From contig JAVZLH010000008.1 in NCBI GenBank assembly GCA_038883855.1, positions 1 to 49,174 on the forward strand: a DNA stretch of 49,174 bases, given 5' to 3'. The stretch is from Candidatus Bathyarchaeia archaeon (GTDB lineage: Archaea; Thermoproteota; Bathyarchaeia; Bathyarchaeales; Bathycorpusculaceae). A model generated the notes under the pieces. That model saw nothing but the letters and a program-made list of their open reading frames with translations. It did not search any database and was not told the DNA's origin. Made by a program: the position numbers and the translations under genes. This document shows, one piece after another, positions 18,661 to 27,982 of this stretch; within the stretch, counting starts at the first letter, position 1; each line of letters starts with the position of its first letter.

Positions 18661-19377
18661 CTATTTTCTTGTTAATTTCTCAACGCTATCACATTTTCCA
18701 AGATATACCGCGTCTGCCATATTAATGAAAAGTCCAGTTTCAACTATTCCAGTAATTGTTTGCAGCTTTTGTTCAAGTTCTTGGGGTTTATGTATTAGCC
18801 CGAAAAATACATCTATTAACATATTTGCATTATCGGTTATGATGGGACCAACTTTTCCTTTTCCTTCTCTTAATACGGGTTTTCCGCTGATTTCACTTAT
18901 TTTGCGAATAACAAGCGGGACTGCAAAGGGCAAAACTTCTATTGGCACCGGATGGTTTTTTTTCCCTAAAACCTCGACTTTTTTGGTTTCGTCTGCAACT
19001 ATGACGAGTTTTTTAGAGGCTGAGGCAACAACTTTTTCTCTGGCTAGGGCTCCGCCCATGCCTTTTATCAGATTTAGATTTTTGTCTATTTGGTCTGCTC
19101 CATCTATCGTCATGTCCAGTGTCGGATGTTCCTCCAATGTTGTTATGGGGATACCGCACTTAACAGCGAGGATGAAAGTTTGGTATGATGTTGGAACTCC
19201 GAGAATACGCAGTTCTTCGCTTTTTATGCGTTTCCCTATTTCTTCTATGGCGTAGGCTGCCGTGCTACCGCTTCCTAAACCGACAACATAACCGTCTTTA
19301 ACATGTTTGACCGCTTCTAACGCAGCGTTTCTTTTTGCTTTTTCAATCCATTCCTTTGAAGATTGTTCAGGTTTCAA
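18661..19377 (-). CDS. rpiA: Ribose-5-phosphate isomerase A
   Basis: GLGSGSTA, IDGADQ, IKGMGGALAREK and GIVETGLF motifs. Confidence 0.96.
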   Translation of the reverse strand: MKPEQSSKEWIEKAKRNAALEAVKHVKDGYVVGLGSGSTAAYAIEEIGKRIKSEELRILGVPTSYQTFILAVKCGIPITTLEEHPTLDMTIDGADQIDKNLNLIKGMGGALAREKVVASASKKLVIVADETKKVEVLGKKNHPVPIEVLPFAVPLVIRKISEISGKPVLREGKGKVGPIITDNANMLIDVFFGLIHKPQELEQKLQTITGIVETGLFINMADAVYLGKCDSVEKLTRK

Positions 19378-20068
19378 TTTCCATCTGCCCCAATCTTTCC
19401 AAAACCTTTTCCACTTCAGCCCTAATTTCTTCTATACGCTTTTCTGCCTCGGTTCTTGGGCTTGGTTTAGTTGGAGGCTTCCGTTTCTTTTTCTTTTTTT
19501 CCTCGGGAGGCTTCTCTTCCGCTTTTTTAGTTGTAGGCGTTTCTGCTTCCGCAATTGGCACAGTGATTTCTTTTATTGGTTTCACTTCAACTTTTGAACG
19601 TAACTCTTCAATTTTACTGCTTAGTTCGTCTAAGCGTTCGCTAAAAAGCTTTATCAAATCTTCCTGCATGGCTTCAAGCTCGTGCAGAGCAACAAGAGAT
19701 TCATCCTTTGAAATGGCTTCTTTAACCGCCATCATCCTAGACTTATACGTTTGCGCGAGCCTATCCCGCTCTTCCTCTGTGATTTTTCCTTCCGCGGACG
19801 CCTCGTAAAGGCGTCTGATTGCATCGCTTAAAATTTCCCTTTCTAAATCTAGGATTCTAAGCTCTTCTTTTGCGCGTTGCGCTTCTTCTTTGGGGACACT
19901 TTTGGCGATTTTGAACGGGAAACCTTGAAATTTTGCCGTTAAGCTCTCCTCTTCTGAAACCTTGTTTTCCCTTCTCCCATGTCTTCTCATCGCGAAAATA
20001 ACTATTAAACAAGCGATAACGACCCCTACTATTATTAGCACTATGGTTACGGGGTCATCAAAGGACAA
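19367..20068 (-). CDS. Membrane-anchored coiled-coil protein of unknown function
   Basis: N-terminal TM helix, long heptad helices with a SHOCT-like EGKITEEE segment, and a Lys/Pro-rich linker. Confidence 0.7.
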   Translation of the reverse strand: MSFDDPVTIVLIIVGVVIACLIVIFAMRRHGRRENKVSEEESLTAKFQGFPFKIAKSVPKEEAQRAKEELRILDLEREILSDAIRRLYEASAEGKITEEERDRLAQTYKSRMMAVKEAISKDESLVALHELEAMQEDLIKLFSERLDELSSKIEELRSKVEVKPIKEITVPIAEAETPTTKKAEEKPPEEKKKKKRKPPTKPSPRTEAEKRIEEIRAEVEKVLERLGQMEIET

Positions 20069-20574
20069 GAGCTTCCCTCTATAGTTTCATTGCTCTTTAT
20101 TCATATATAAATTATATAACACACATAGGTTACATGCTTGACATCAAAATTTACAAAAATTTCTGCCGAGTACCCAAAGTAGTAGGGATGGGCTATCTGG
20201 AGAAAACGCAAGAAAAACTTAAATTACGCTTGCTTCACAAGCTAAAGAACATTTTCCCTTTTGATTAGCGTGGTATCCGTTGTGTTCAGCGTATCTGATT
20301 CTACTTTTAACGAGACCTCATTTTTAAGCAGTTCTAGCTTTTTACGTTTAGAATACAATGTTTCGCTCCCTGATGACGAACGGAAGACTCAGCTTGCTGA
20401 CTTTTAATGTTTGCCGAGGAAGATTTTAAGTATTTTAGCCGTTAAACGATCCCTTCACATTCTTATTGGACGCGTTTTCTTGCGTTTTTAATTCTTCTAA
20501 GAGGATTGCAATGAAGGCGACGCTTTTAGGGCAAGATACAAGTGCAGTAACATGGTCATGAAAACAACGTTTGA

Positions 20575-20648
20575 AGCCTCGGGCGGGATTTGAACCCGCG
20601 ACTACCGCCTTACCAAGGCGATGCCCCACCAGGCTAGGCCACCGAGGC
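20575..20648 (-). tRNA. tRNA-Thr (GGT)
   Basis: GCCTCGG/CCGAGGC acceptor, TCGCC-TTGGTAA-GGCGG anticodon arm, GGTTCAAATCC T-loop, U73; no CCA. Confidence 0.95.
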
Positions 20649-20719
20649 ATCAGATCATAAGTAGTAATGCAGTTTTTCCATTTTAAAGATTTTGAGCTTT
20701 ATTTTTACATATTTAGAAA

Positions 20720-20933
20720 ATAAAAATAACTTCCTTTTCCTTCGTATTTTAATCGAGTTTTGGGCAGAAGTTTTTGAGGATTACTTTCCGAATTACATCG
20801 GCGTCTTCACCAAAGATTTTCGTTAAGATGTCGATGGAGGCTTCTGGTTTTAGGGATGTCGTGTTTTTGAGGAAAATATGTTCATAAGACTGTCTTCGAT
20901 GCTTGTTGGACACGCTGACTCAAATTCGCCCAT
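20720..20933 (-). pseudogene. Decayed small helical protein (resembles Nitrosopumilus-output-domain-like proteins)
   Basis: Fragments MGEFESACPTSIEDSLMNIF and PEASIDILTKIFGEDADVIRKVILKNF in different frames; family resemblance from memory only. Confidence 0.3.
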
Positions 20934-21070
20934 ATAAAAACTTACATTGGAAACCATTTGTTTAAAATTTAAAAGTGCGAAATTGAATTTTATGCGTTGA
21001 ATAACATATTTGAGGTGGGAAAAGTTAAAAGATTTTTTATCCAACGAATGCAATGCACATATTACGGTGG

Positions 21071-21155
21071 GCGGGGGTGTCCGAGTCTGGTCAAAGGAGT
21101 CAGGCTTAGGACCTGATGCCGCAGGGCTGCGTGGGTTCAAATCCCACCCCCCGCA
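21071..21155 (+). tRNA. tRNA-Leu (TAG)
   Basis: GCGGGGG/CCCCCGC acceptor, TCAGG-CTTAGGA-CCTGA anticodon arm, long variable arm, GGTTCAAATCC. Confidence 0.95.
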
Positions 21156-21362
21156 CTTGTACGCGCGAGGTTTGTTTGAAAAATTAAACGCGTGTGCTTA
21201 CTCGGGATAGTCACTGGGGCTGTTATATAAACCTTATATAAAGAAAGTTGATTAAAATTAAGTGAAGAATAGAAATTATCATCCTAGCTTCGGGCTGAGA
21301 ACGCCTCAAGCCAGAATGGTTATTTCTTTTCTTCAGGGTGCACTCTAGGATTAAAGGAGAGT

Positions 21363-22841
21363 ATGGAAATGCGGATGAAAGCGGCTGCAATAGTTATTAT
21401 GTGGTTATTTTTAAGCGTAACTGCAATTTCAGTTCATGTTTTTGTTTTAAAAGCGAGTTCGCTTGGGGGGTCTGCACCGGCCGCGGGTGTTTATTGGTGG
21501 CCGATGTTCCGCCACGACTTGACCCACACGGAAGCGTCTGCTTCAACTGGACCAACCACGAATATTACTCTGTGGACGTACACGACAGGCGGCCATGTTT
21601 ATAGTTCCCCCGCTATTGTTAACGGCTTCGTGTACTTTGGGTCTTACGATCATAAAGTCTACTGCTTGAATGCATCCACTGGAGCTTTCGTTTGGAGCTA
21701 CTCGACTGATTATGTTGTGTATTCTTCCCCAGCTGTTGTTGACGGTCGGGTCTACGTGGGCTCAGGCGAGTATTCCACGTATGGAAGGCTATACTGTCTA
21801 CACGCAGCTACTGGAACATTAATCTGGAGTTACTTGACAACGGGCTCAGACGCGAGGCTTGGTGGGATTTATTCATCTCCCGCCGTTGTTGACGGTCGAG
21901 TCTATTTCGGTTGTAACGACGGACTCATCTACTGCCTAAACGCTACTACTGGAGCGGTTATTTGGTACAACCGAGTAAGTGGCTCCGGCCACATAATTTC
22001 TTCTCCTGCCTTTGTTGATGGTCTGGTCTATGTGGGAGCAACCGATGGATGGATCTACTGCAGAAACGCTACAAACGGATTTCACGTCTGGTCTTACCCC
22101 ACGGGCGGCCCTATGTGTGCTTCTTCGCCTGCTATTGTCGCGGGTAGACTCTACATGAGTTCAGGAGATGGAAAGGTTTACTGCTTAAACGCAACCACTG
22201 GCGCACACATCTGGAATTACACGACTGGCAACGCTGTAGATTCTTCTCCCGCCGTGGTGGATGGTCGACTATACGTGGGCTCAAATGATGCAAAAGTCTA
22301 CTGCCTAGACGCGACAACAGGCTCATTCATTTGGAGCTTTACAACAGGCTCTTCCGTGATGGGGTCTTCTCCGACAGTCGCTGGTGGTTTAGTTTACATA
22401 GAATCTAATGATACAAGAGTCTACTGCCTTAACGCAAATACAGGCGCGCTCGTTTGGAGCTATGAAGCAGGTGGGTACGTGGCAAAAGGATGGGTTGGTT
22501 CCGCCACAGTAGCAGGCGGCACAGTCTACGCAGGCTCGGTAAACGGCAAAGTCTACGCTTTCATGGAGCTTCCCACACCAACCATAGTGGTCATGTCTCC
22601 AGAAAACAAGACCTACATAATAAATACTGATATCCCCTTGACTTTCAACGTTGACCAAGTGACGAGTTGGATAGGCTACAGCCTAGACGGGCACCCGAAC
22701 GTCCCAATCACCGGAGACACAACTCTGCCTACTCTGTCCGACGGAGGACATTACGTGACTATTTACGCACTTCCTAATAATACAGTTAATGGTGCAAAAC
22801 CGTTTTTCATGCGAAATCATTTTCTGAAAAAAATAATATAA
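21363..22841 (+). CDS. Secreted PQQ-like (BamB-type) beta-propeller repeat protein, C-terminally truncated at about 22770
   Basis: Signal peptide, WPMFRHD, about 8 repeats of SSPA-V-DG-VY-GS-D-KVYCLNA-TG-W; Ig-like domain (SPENKTY...WIGYSLDG...HYVTIYA) cut off. Confidence 0.85.
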   Translation: MEMRMKAAAIVIMWLFLSVTAISVHVFVLKASSLGGSAPAAGVYWWPMFRHDLTHTEASASTGPTTNITLWTYTTGGHVYSSPAIVNGFVYFGSYDHKVYCLNASTGAFVWSYSTDYVVYSSPAVVDGRVYVGSGEYSTYGRLYCLHAATGTLIWSYLTTGSDARLGGIYSSPAVVDGRVYFGCNDGLIYCLNATTGAVIWYNRVSGSGHIISSPAFVDGLVYVGATDGWIYCRNATNGFHVWSYPTGGPMCASSPAIVAGRLYMSSGDGKVYCLNATTGAHIWNYTTGNAVDSSPAVVDGRLYVGSNDAKVYCLDATTGSFIWSFTTGSSVMGSSPTVAGGLVYIESNDTRVYCLNANTGALVWSYEAGGYVAKGWVGSATVAGGTVYAGSVNGKVYAFMELPTPTIVVMSPENKTYIINTDIPLTFNVDQVTSWIGYSLDGHPNVPITGDTTLPTLSDGGHYVTIYALPNNTVNGAKPFFMRNHFLKKII

Positions 22842-23267
22842 TATAACGTCGAATCTCCCAAACGCAAACCCCTCTTTATGAGGAATAAAAAATCCGCTTA
22901 CCCCAGCAACTTTGGGATCTTCAAAATATTTAACGCCTTGCTCTAACCACTTAAACGAAATGGGCACGGAATGCGCGTTTATTATGGAAACTAACTCATT
23001 TTCTGCAAAGTGAACCCCCAAATTAGTGGAGTAGGCATGGGAAAATTCGCTATCGACAATTGGAATTAATTTGATTTTTTGAAGCTTTGAATATCTCTTA
23101 ATTTTTCTTCGCAGGTCTTTCTCCAAAAGTTTTAGTTTTTCTCGGTTAGAGCAGTTATCAACCACGACTATTTCAGAAGGGTGAAGGGTTTGGGATGCCA
23201 AATTTTTTAGTAAATGTTCGAAATAGCTTTCTTTATCCCTAGTTCTTATAACAACTGAGAGACTCAA
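22683..23267 (-). pseudogene. Glycosyltransferase family 2 (rhamnosyltransferase-like), N-terminal half only
   Basis: TTG 23267 with GGAGA SD; SVVIRTRD, IVVVDNCS, FSHAYSTNLG and INCIIRK motifs, after which the frame runs into antisense PQQ-gene sequence. Confidence 0.75.
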
Positions 23268-23658
23268 TGTTTTATCTCCCACACTATAATTTCGAGATAA
23301 AATTCCATACTTAATGCCCAAAGTCCGTTCGCCATTTCTTGTAACCACATTTACCCGTTTTACATTATCATTTGGATTAGTTTTTCTTTCCAAAACTAAA
23401 ATGCTTTACTCTATGAAGAACCATTCCTTCATTCAAATTCCTACTATACAAGATTTCCCTTTATAATTTCTTAATTGCTCTTTGTCTTTTCATCGTTGTT
23501 TCGGTTTTACACCATTATTCTATTCTCTATACTTAGAAAAACCTATCTCGAATGGCAAGTAGCGTTTGATTTTGTTTCAGCATTTAAACTCTCAAGTTCG
23601 AAATAAAAGTTGGTAAATGGAGCATAGGCTTTCACGTGAACTCTTTTTGTGCGACATT

Positions 23659-23856
23659 CTAACGTTTTTTGACGCTTGCTTTTAGCGGCGCCAACGCCCC
23701 TGATTTTTCTTTGCCGGACAAGCACATAATTTTTATTTTCATTTTTTTAACGGCTTCTTTAGCTGCTTTTCTCGCCTCGTTCCTCGTCGCATATGTGCCC
23801 TCAATTTCAATCCACGGCAGAGTTTCGTTAATCTTCACACACGCAGCATACAACAT
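23659..23856 (-). CDS. Small basic hypothetical protein
   Basis: MLYAACVKINETLPWIEIEGTYATRNEARKAAKE; GGTGA SD upstream. Confidence 0.55.
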   Translation of the reverse strand: MLYAACVKINETLPWIEIEGTYATRNEARKAAKEAVKKMKIKIMCLSGKEKSGALAPLKASVKKR

Positions 23857-24094
23857 TTTTCACCGCATCATGTCTTAGCGAGAAGGTTAGATTTTGAGTA
23901 ATTAAAACGGTTATGAATTCAAAATATTGATTTCCACTAAACCCTTTTAACAAGACTTTCGGAAACTTATTTAAGCAAAGATGTTTCATCCTTATGGTTT
24001 AAGGAGCGAAAAGTGGTGTTTAAGGCCCCGCATGTCGAGACTCTGTCGAAGGGGTGCCTATGGATGAACGAAGAAAGCCTAGAAGGTGCGCGAG

Positions 24095-25276
24095 ATGAAG
24101 TCAGCCAATGCCTTCAAACAATCACTGATGGCTTATGCCTTCAACATTTTCGGAATAGTTGCCGGCACAACCGTTGCCTATCATGTCGGAGTTTTTGAAC
24201 TTTTTCCATGGGCCTTCGCCATTTATCCCCCAATTTTAAGCGCAAGAGGTGTTATAGGAGGCTTGCTATGCGGTCGCCTAAGCACAGCACTGCATCTTGG
24301 AACTGTGCACCCGCACTTTTTTAGAAACACCAAAACCTTTTATTTATTGTTCCGCGCGATTGTTGTCTTAACTTTTGAAACCAGCATTTTTATGGTGTTA
24401 ATTGCCACTTTGTTCACAGGGTTTTATGGAGGGTCAATGGCAGATTTTTGGAGTCTTTTGTTGGTGATTATGGCGACGATGGCTTTGGCTTTGATCATCA
24501 TCTCTCCGCTGACTTTTACAGTTTCGTTTATTTCTTTCAAACAAGGATTAGACCCGGACATCATTTTATATCCAATAGAATCTACGGTTGCGGATCTTCT
24601 AATCACGGCAACTTATATTGGAGTTCTAAATGTTTTCGCTTTCGCTGGATTCGTAGGAAAGTCCATGCTTGTTCTCACAAGTTTGGCTCTGCCATTTTGC
24701 GCAATCTATTTTATGATCAGAAGCTTCAAAGAGGTTGAATTTCTAAAAACGGTAAAAGAGTCTTTTCTAACAATGATTCTTGTTTCTTTCATCATTAACA
24801 TAGCTGGTTCCACTCTCGGCAAGATCGCAGAAAAAGTCGGAGAAAAACAGGAAATATACATTGTTTATCCTGCTTTAATAGATACGATTGGTGATGTTGG
24901 AGCCACAGTTGGTTCAACAGCCACAACAAAACTTGCTTTAGGCACCTTAAGGTCTTCCCTTTCCTCAATTAAAGATCATAAGGTGGAGATTTTCGGCGCT
25001 TGGGCAGCCTCTGCATTAATGTTTGGCGTTTACGCAGTTTTGGCTTTAATTATCCGAGGAGTTTTAACAGCTCCAAATCTTCTTCGTTTCACTGCCTTAC
25101 TGCTTATTGCTAATTTGATAGCCGCATCTTGTATAATATTGGTTTCTTATGCAGTTGCAATCTTAACCTACCAATGGGGGCTCGACCCAGACAACTTTGA
25201 AATACCAATTGAAAGTTCTCTAGCCGACAGCCTAACGTCAATAGCTTTGCTAACTGCACTTCTTATGATAGGCTAA
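24095..25276 (+). CDS. MgtE-type divalent cation transporter (two integral-membrane repeats)
   Basis: GLDPDIILYPIESTVAD and GLDPDNFEIPIESSLAD MgtE motifs; AAGGTG SD before ATG 24095 (alternative GTG 24086). Confidence 0.88.
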   Translation: MKSANAFKQSLMAYAFNIFGIVAGTTVAYHVGVFELFPWAFAIYPPILSARGVIGGLLCGRLSTALHLGTVHPHFFRNTKTFYLLFRAIVVLTFETSIFMVLIATLFTGFYGGSMADFWSLLLVIMATMALALIIISPLTFTVSFISFKQGLDPDIILYPIESTVADLLITATYIGVLNVFAFAGFVGKSMLVLTSLALPFCAIYFMIRSFKEVEFLKTVKESFLTMILVSFIINIAGSTLGKIAEKVGEKQEIYIVYPALIDTIGDVGATVGSTATTKLALGTLRSSLSSIKDHKVEIFGAWAASALMFGVYAVLALIIRGVLTAPNLLRFTALLLIANLIAASCIILVSYAVAILTYQWGLDPDNFEIPIESSLADSLTSIALLTALLMIG

Positions 25277-25339
25277 GCCTCAAGGAGTAGAGTTAAAATA
25301 TTCCTTAACCATAATTTCACTCGGAGCGACTCCAACAAT

Positions 25340-26551
25340 ATGCCCCACTTTGAGAAAATAGAATACAAGCCCATACCAGTTAGAGAGTTGCTTTTAGAGA
25401 TGAAAAACCTTTCAGAGTTAATGATAGACTTAGCGTATTCCGCCGCACTCTTTAACGACAAAGACCTTGCAGAAGACGTGTTAGAGCTTGAAAAACGCGT
25501 TGACACTTTGGCTTATCTCTTAGACATGGAAATAATGATAGCGGCAAGAGACGCCAAGGACGCGGAAGCCTTAACAGGAGTGTCCACGGTGGCTGCGGCA
25601 ACAGACAAAATATCGGATGCAGCCGCGGACATTGCAGCAATAGTCACGCAAGACATAGGCGTACACCCGATCGTAACCGAAATTTTCGAAAGAGTTGAAG
25701 AACGCCTAACAAGAGCTAAAGTGGATGAAAAATCAGTAATCGTTGGCAAGCAGGTCTGTGAACTTAATTTAGCTGCAAGAATGGGCATAGACATAATCGC
25801 CATTCGCCGGGGCAACGAGTGGATATTAAACCCGAAAGAAGATGAAAAAATTTTACAAAGTGACGTTCTAATCACGCGAGGGACCCCGTCCGGAATCAGG
25901 AAATTTAAAGAATTGGCCGAAGAAAAAGTGCAGAAAATGGAAGTCGAAATGCCACGGCGGCATCGTGATCAAAAGAGATTTGATGAGTTTGAGGGAATTG
26001 TTGAAAAGTTTGTTGAACTTAAAAACACGTCTGAATTAATGATGGATTTGGCTTATTCTGCACTGCTGCTTGACAACAAGGAACTGGCTGAAGAAGTGCA
26101 AAGGCTAGAGGAATACGTTGACAAATTGCACACTGAATTTGAGTTGACAGTCCTGTCAAGCCGATTTAAGAAGGAAGAAGCAAAAGGCTTCCTTGGACTT
26201 ATACGATTGGGCGTGGTTACAGAAAAAATAGCAGACGCCGCGGCTGAAATCGCCGAAGTTGTTTTGAGAGGCATAGAAACCCACCCAGTGTTGAAACTCG
26301 CTATAAAAGAGGCGGATGAAACAGTAACGCATGTATGCGTTGCTGAAAACTCTCCATTAGCAAATAAAACTCTAAAAGAAGCACGGATTCCAGAGGAAAC
26401 TGGCATGTGGGTTCTCGCTATAAAAAGGGGAGAAAAGTGCATAAGACCAAAGCCAGATTCGAAAATTGAAGTTGGCGACATATTGATAGCTTCAGGTTAT
26501 GCTGAGGGAGAAGAGGATCTTAAAAAAATGGCATCACCGGTAAGTAGTTAG
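25340..26551 (+). CDS. Tandem (PhoU + TrkA-C) x2 regulatory protein
   Basis: Internal duplication MKNLSELMIDLAYSA / LKNTSELMMDLAYSA, each followed by RCK-C (IIAIRRG / VLAIKRG). Confidence 0.88.
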   Translation: MPHFEKIEYKPIPVRELLLEMKNLSELMIDLAYSAALFNDKDLAEDVLELEKRVDTLAYLLDMEIMIAARDAKDAEALTGVSTVAAATDKISDAAADIAAIVTQDIGVHPIVTEIFERVEERLTRAKVDEKSVIVGKQVCELNLAARMGIDIIAIRRGNEWILNPKEDEKILQSDVLITRGTPSGIRKFKELAEEKVQKMEVEMPRRHRDQKRFDEFEGIVEKFVELKNTSELMMDLAYSALLLDNKELAEEVQRLEEYVDKLHTEFELTVLSSRFKKEEAKGFLGLIRLGVVTEKIADAAAEIAEVVLRGIETHPVLKLAIKEADETVTHVCVAENSPLANKTLKEARIPEETGMWVLAIKRGEKCIRPKPDSKIEVGDILIASGYAEGEEDLKKMASPVSS

Positions 26552-26619
26552 GATATTTATTCTGGGTTCATTAACACTATAAGCTCGGAATCCAATTCTT
26601 ACATAAAGGAGGATTAACC

Positions 26620-27006
26620 ATTACACAAAAGAAAAAGCAGATAGCCAAAGGCAGCGGTATCACATGTCCAAATCCACTGTGCGGAAAAACCTTCTCAAAC
26701 CCGATAAAAGCTGAAGTGATAGGCTCAAAGAAAGCGGAAACGTTTGACGCTTGCCCCTACTGCCTAACAGAAATAAAAGTAGGCGAGGACGCGGAAACTG
26801 TTGAAGCCAAGAGAGAGAAAATCGAAATAAAACAAACAGAAATACAGAGAATAGAAGAGGCACCATCCACAAAAATCCAGAAGATGGAAGGATGCCACTA
26901 TTATATTGGATATCTGAGCCAACGTTCCACAAAAGAAAAAATACCAGAGGAATGCATGGTCTGCGAAAATATTGTGAAATGCATGCTTAAAAACGTGACT
27001 GGTTAG
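26620..27006 (+). CDS. Two-module Cys-rich zinc-binding protein, probable ATT start
   Basis: CPNPLC...CPYC ribbon and C-terminal CHYYIGYL...IPEECMVC..IVKCML; AGGAGG SD precedes ATT 26620; in-frame TAA at 26572. Confidence 0.7.
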   Translation: MTQKKKQIAKGSGITCPNPLCGKTFSNPIKAEVIGSKKAETFDACPYCLTEIKVGEDAETVEAKREKIEIKQTEIQRIEEAPSTKIQKMEGCHYYIGYLSQRSTKEKIPEECMVCENIVKCMLKNVTG

Positions 27007-27072
27007 GGTTGGTTACCAATGATACACACGCCCTCTTAAACCACTCAAGGCTTTCCTAAAAACAGTTTAGGA

Positions 27073-27448
27073 GATAGCATAATTGTCAACCGCTCTGCAA
27101 AAGGGAACACCTAGCATGCTTACAGCAGCTACCCACAGTTTAAAGAATTAAACGCGGAGACATTACAGCAATAGCTACTGGTTTTTGAAAAGAATTGGAC
27201 ATAGTAGGGTTTGAAACCAAAACGAGTTTCACTTGAGGAAGAAGTTTACATCGTTGAGGTTGAAATGAAAAAGTTCACGGCACTTGTCCGTATAAACAAG
27301 GAAACTCGCGAGATTGGGGAATATGAAACAGCCCAAAGGTGAGGAAAACTCTTACTTGCCTGTTTCCCCCAAAATCCTAATTATAGTGGGAGTTTCTATT
27401 GCCGTTCATTTCGCCTTATATTTTGCGTTTAAAATTCTAAATTTGTAA
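27073..27448 (+). pseudogene. Frameshifted gene for a C-terminally membrane-anchored hypothetical protein
   Basis: Protein-like fragments LKRIGH / LKPKRVSLEEEVYIVEVEMKKFTALVRINKETREIGEYE / PKGEENSYLPVSPKILIIVGVSIAVHFALYFAFKILNL in shifting frames. Confidence 0.5.
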
Positions 27449-27537
27449 TAATGTTAGAAAAGCGTTTAATCACAAAAAGAATTATTTGTATTTTCCAGTT
27501 TAGTTGTTCTTAGATGAAGATGAACTGTGGAAAGTCT

Positions 27538-27909
27538 TTACTTTTCGCTTTTCTTTCTCTTTTTCTTTTCTTCTTCTGAAGGTTCTTCTGCCGCTTTCGC
27601 CTCTGCCACTGACTCTTCCGGCTTTTCTTCCTCTTTCTTTTCCTCTAACTCCGCAGTTATTTCCTCTATTGGTTTTGGCGGTGGTGTCGTCGCCATTGTC
27701 CAACCTATCCATGCGCCTATAGCCATTACTGCAACAAAGGCTATGAACACTGGGATAGCTATGATCCAAAATTGAACGGCATTCGTGTTGCTTGCCCAGC
27801 CTAGGTCTACGAGCCATTGAGGATAGAACAGCGTTACTATGTAGAAGATGGCGATAACAACACATACAATCAGTATAACTCCACCTATTGATTGGTCTTT
27901 ACTAACCAT
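27538..27909 (-). CDS. Conserved archaeal two-TM membrane protein with acidic tail
   Basis: MVSKDQSIGGVIL...WIGWTMATTPPPKPIEEI motif. Confidence 0.8.
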   Translation of the reverse strand: MVSKDQSIGGVILIVCVVIAIFYIVTLFYPQWLVDLGWASNTNAVQFWIIAIPVFIAFVAVMAIGAWIGWTMATTPPPKPIEEITAELEEKKEEEKPEESVAEAKAAEEPSEEEKKKRKKSEK

Positions 27910-27982
27910 TTACATCACCACTGCAAAGCCATGTTTATCATTTTTAAGCTTTTAAAGTTTACCATATCTTTAGGGCTCAGAA

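Noticed and set aside
20371-20417. Possible C/D-box sRNA (TGATGA at 20371, CTGA at 20397)
   Set aside because: Box spacing is atypical, there is no convincing C'/D pair or terminal stem, and no target could be identified by eye
20435-21210. ORFs 20435-20650, 20850-21140 and 21010-21210
   Set aside because: They overlap tRNA-Thr or tRNA-Leu; their translations are tRNA shadows
21590-22560. Periodic ~120-bp repeats as a CRISPR array or DGR-type repeats
   Set aside because: These are degenerate in-frame beta-propeller blade repeats; there are no identical repeats with unique spacers and no cas or reverse transcriptase gene
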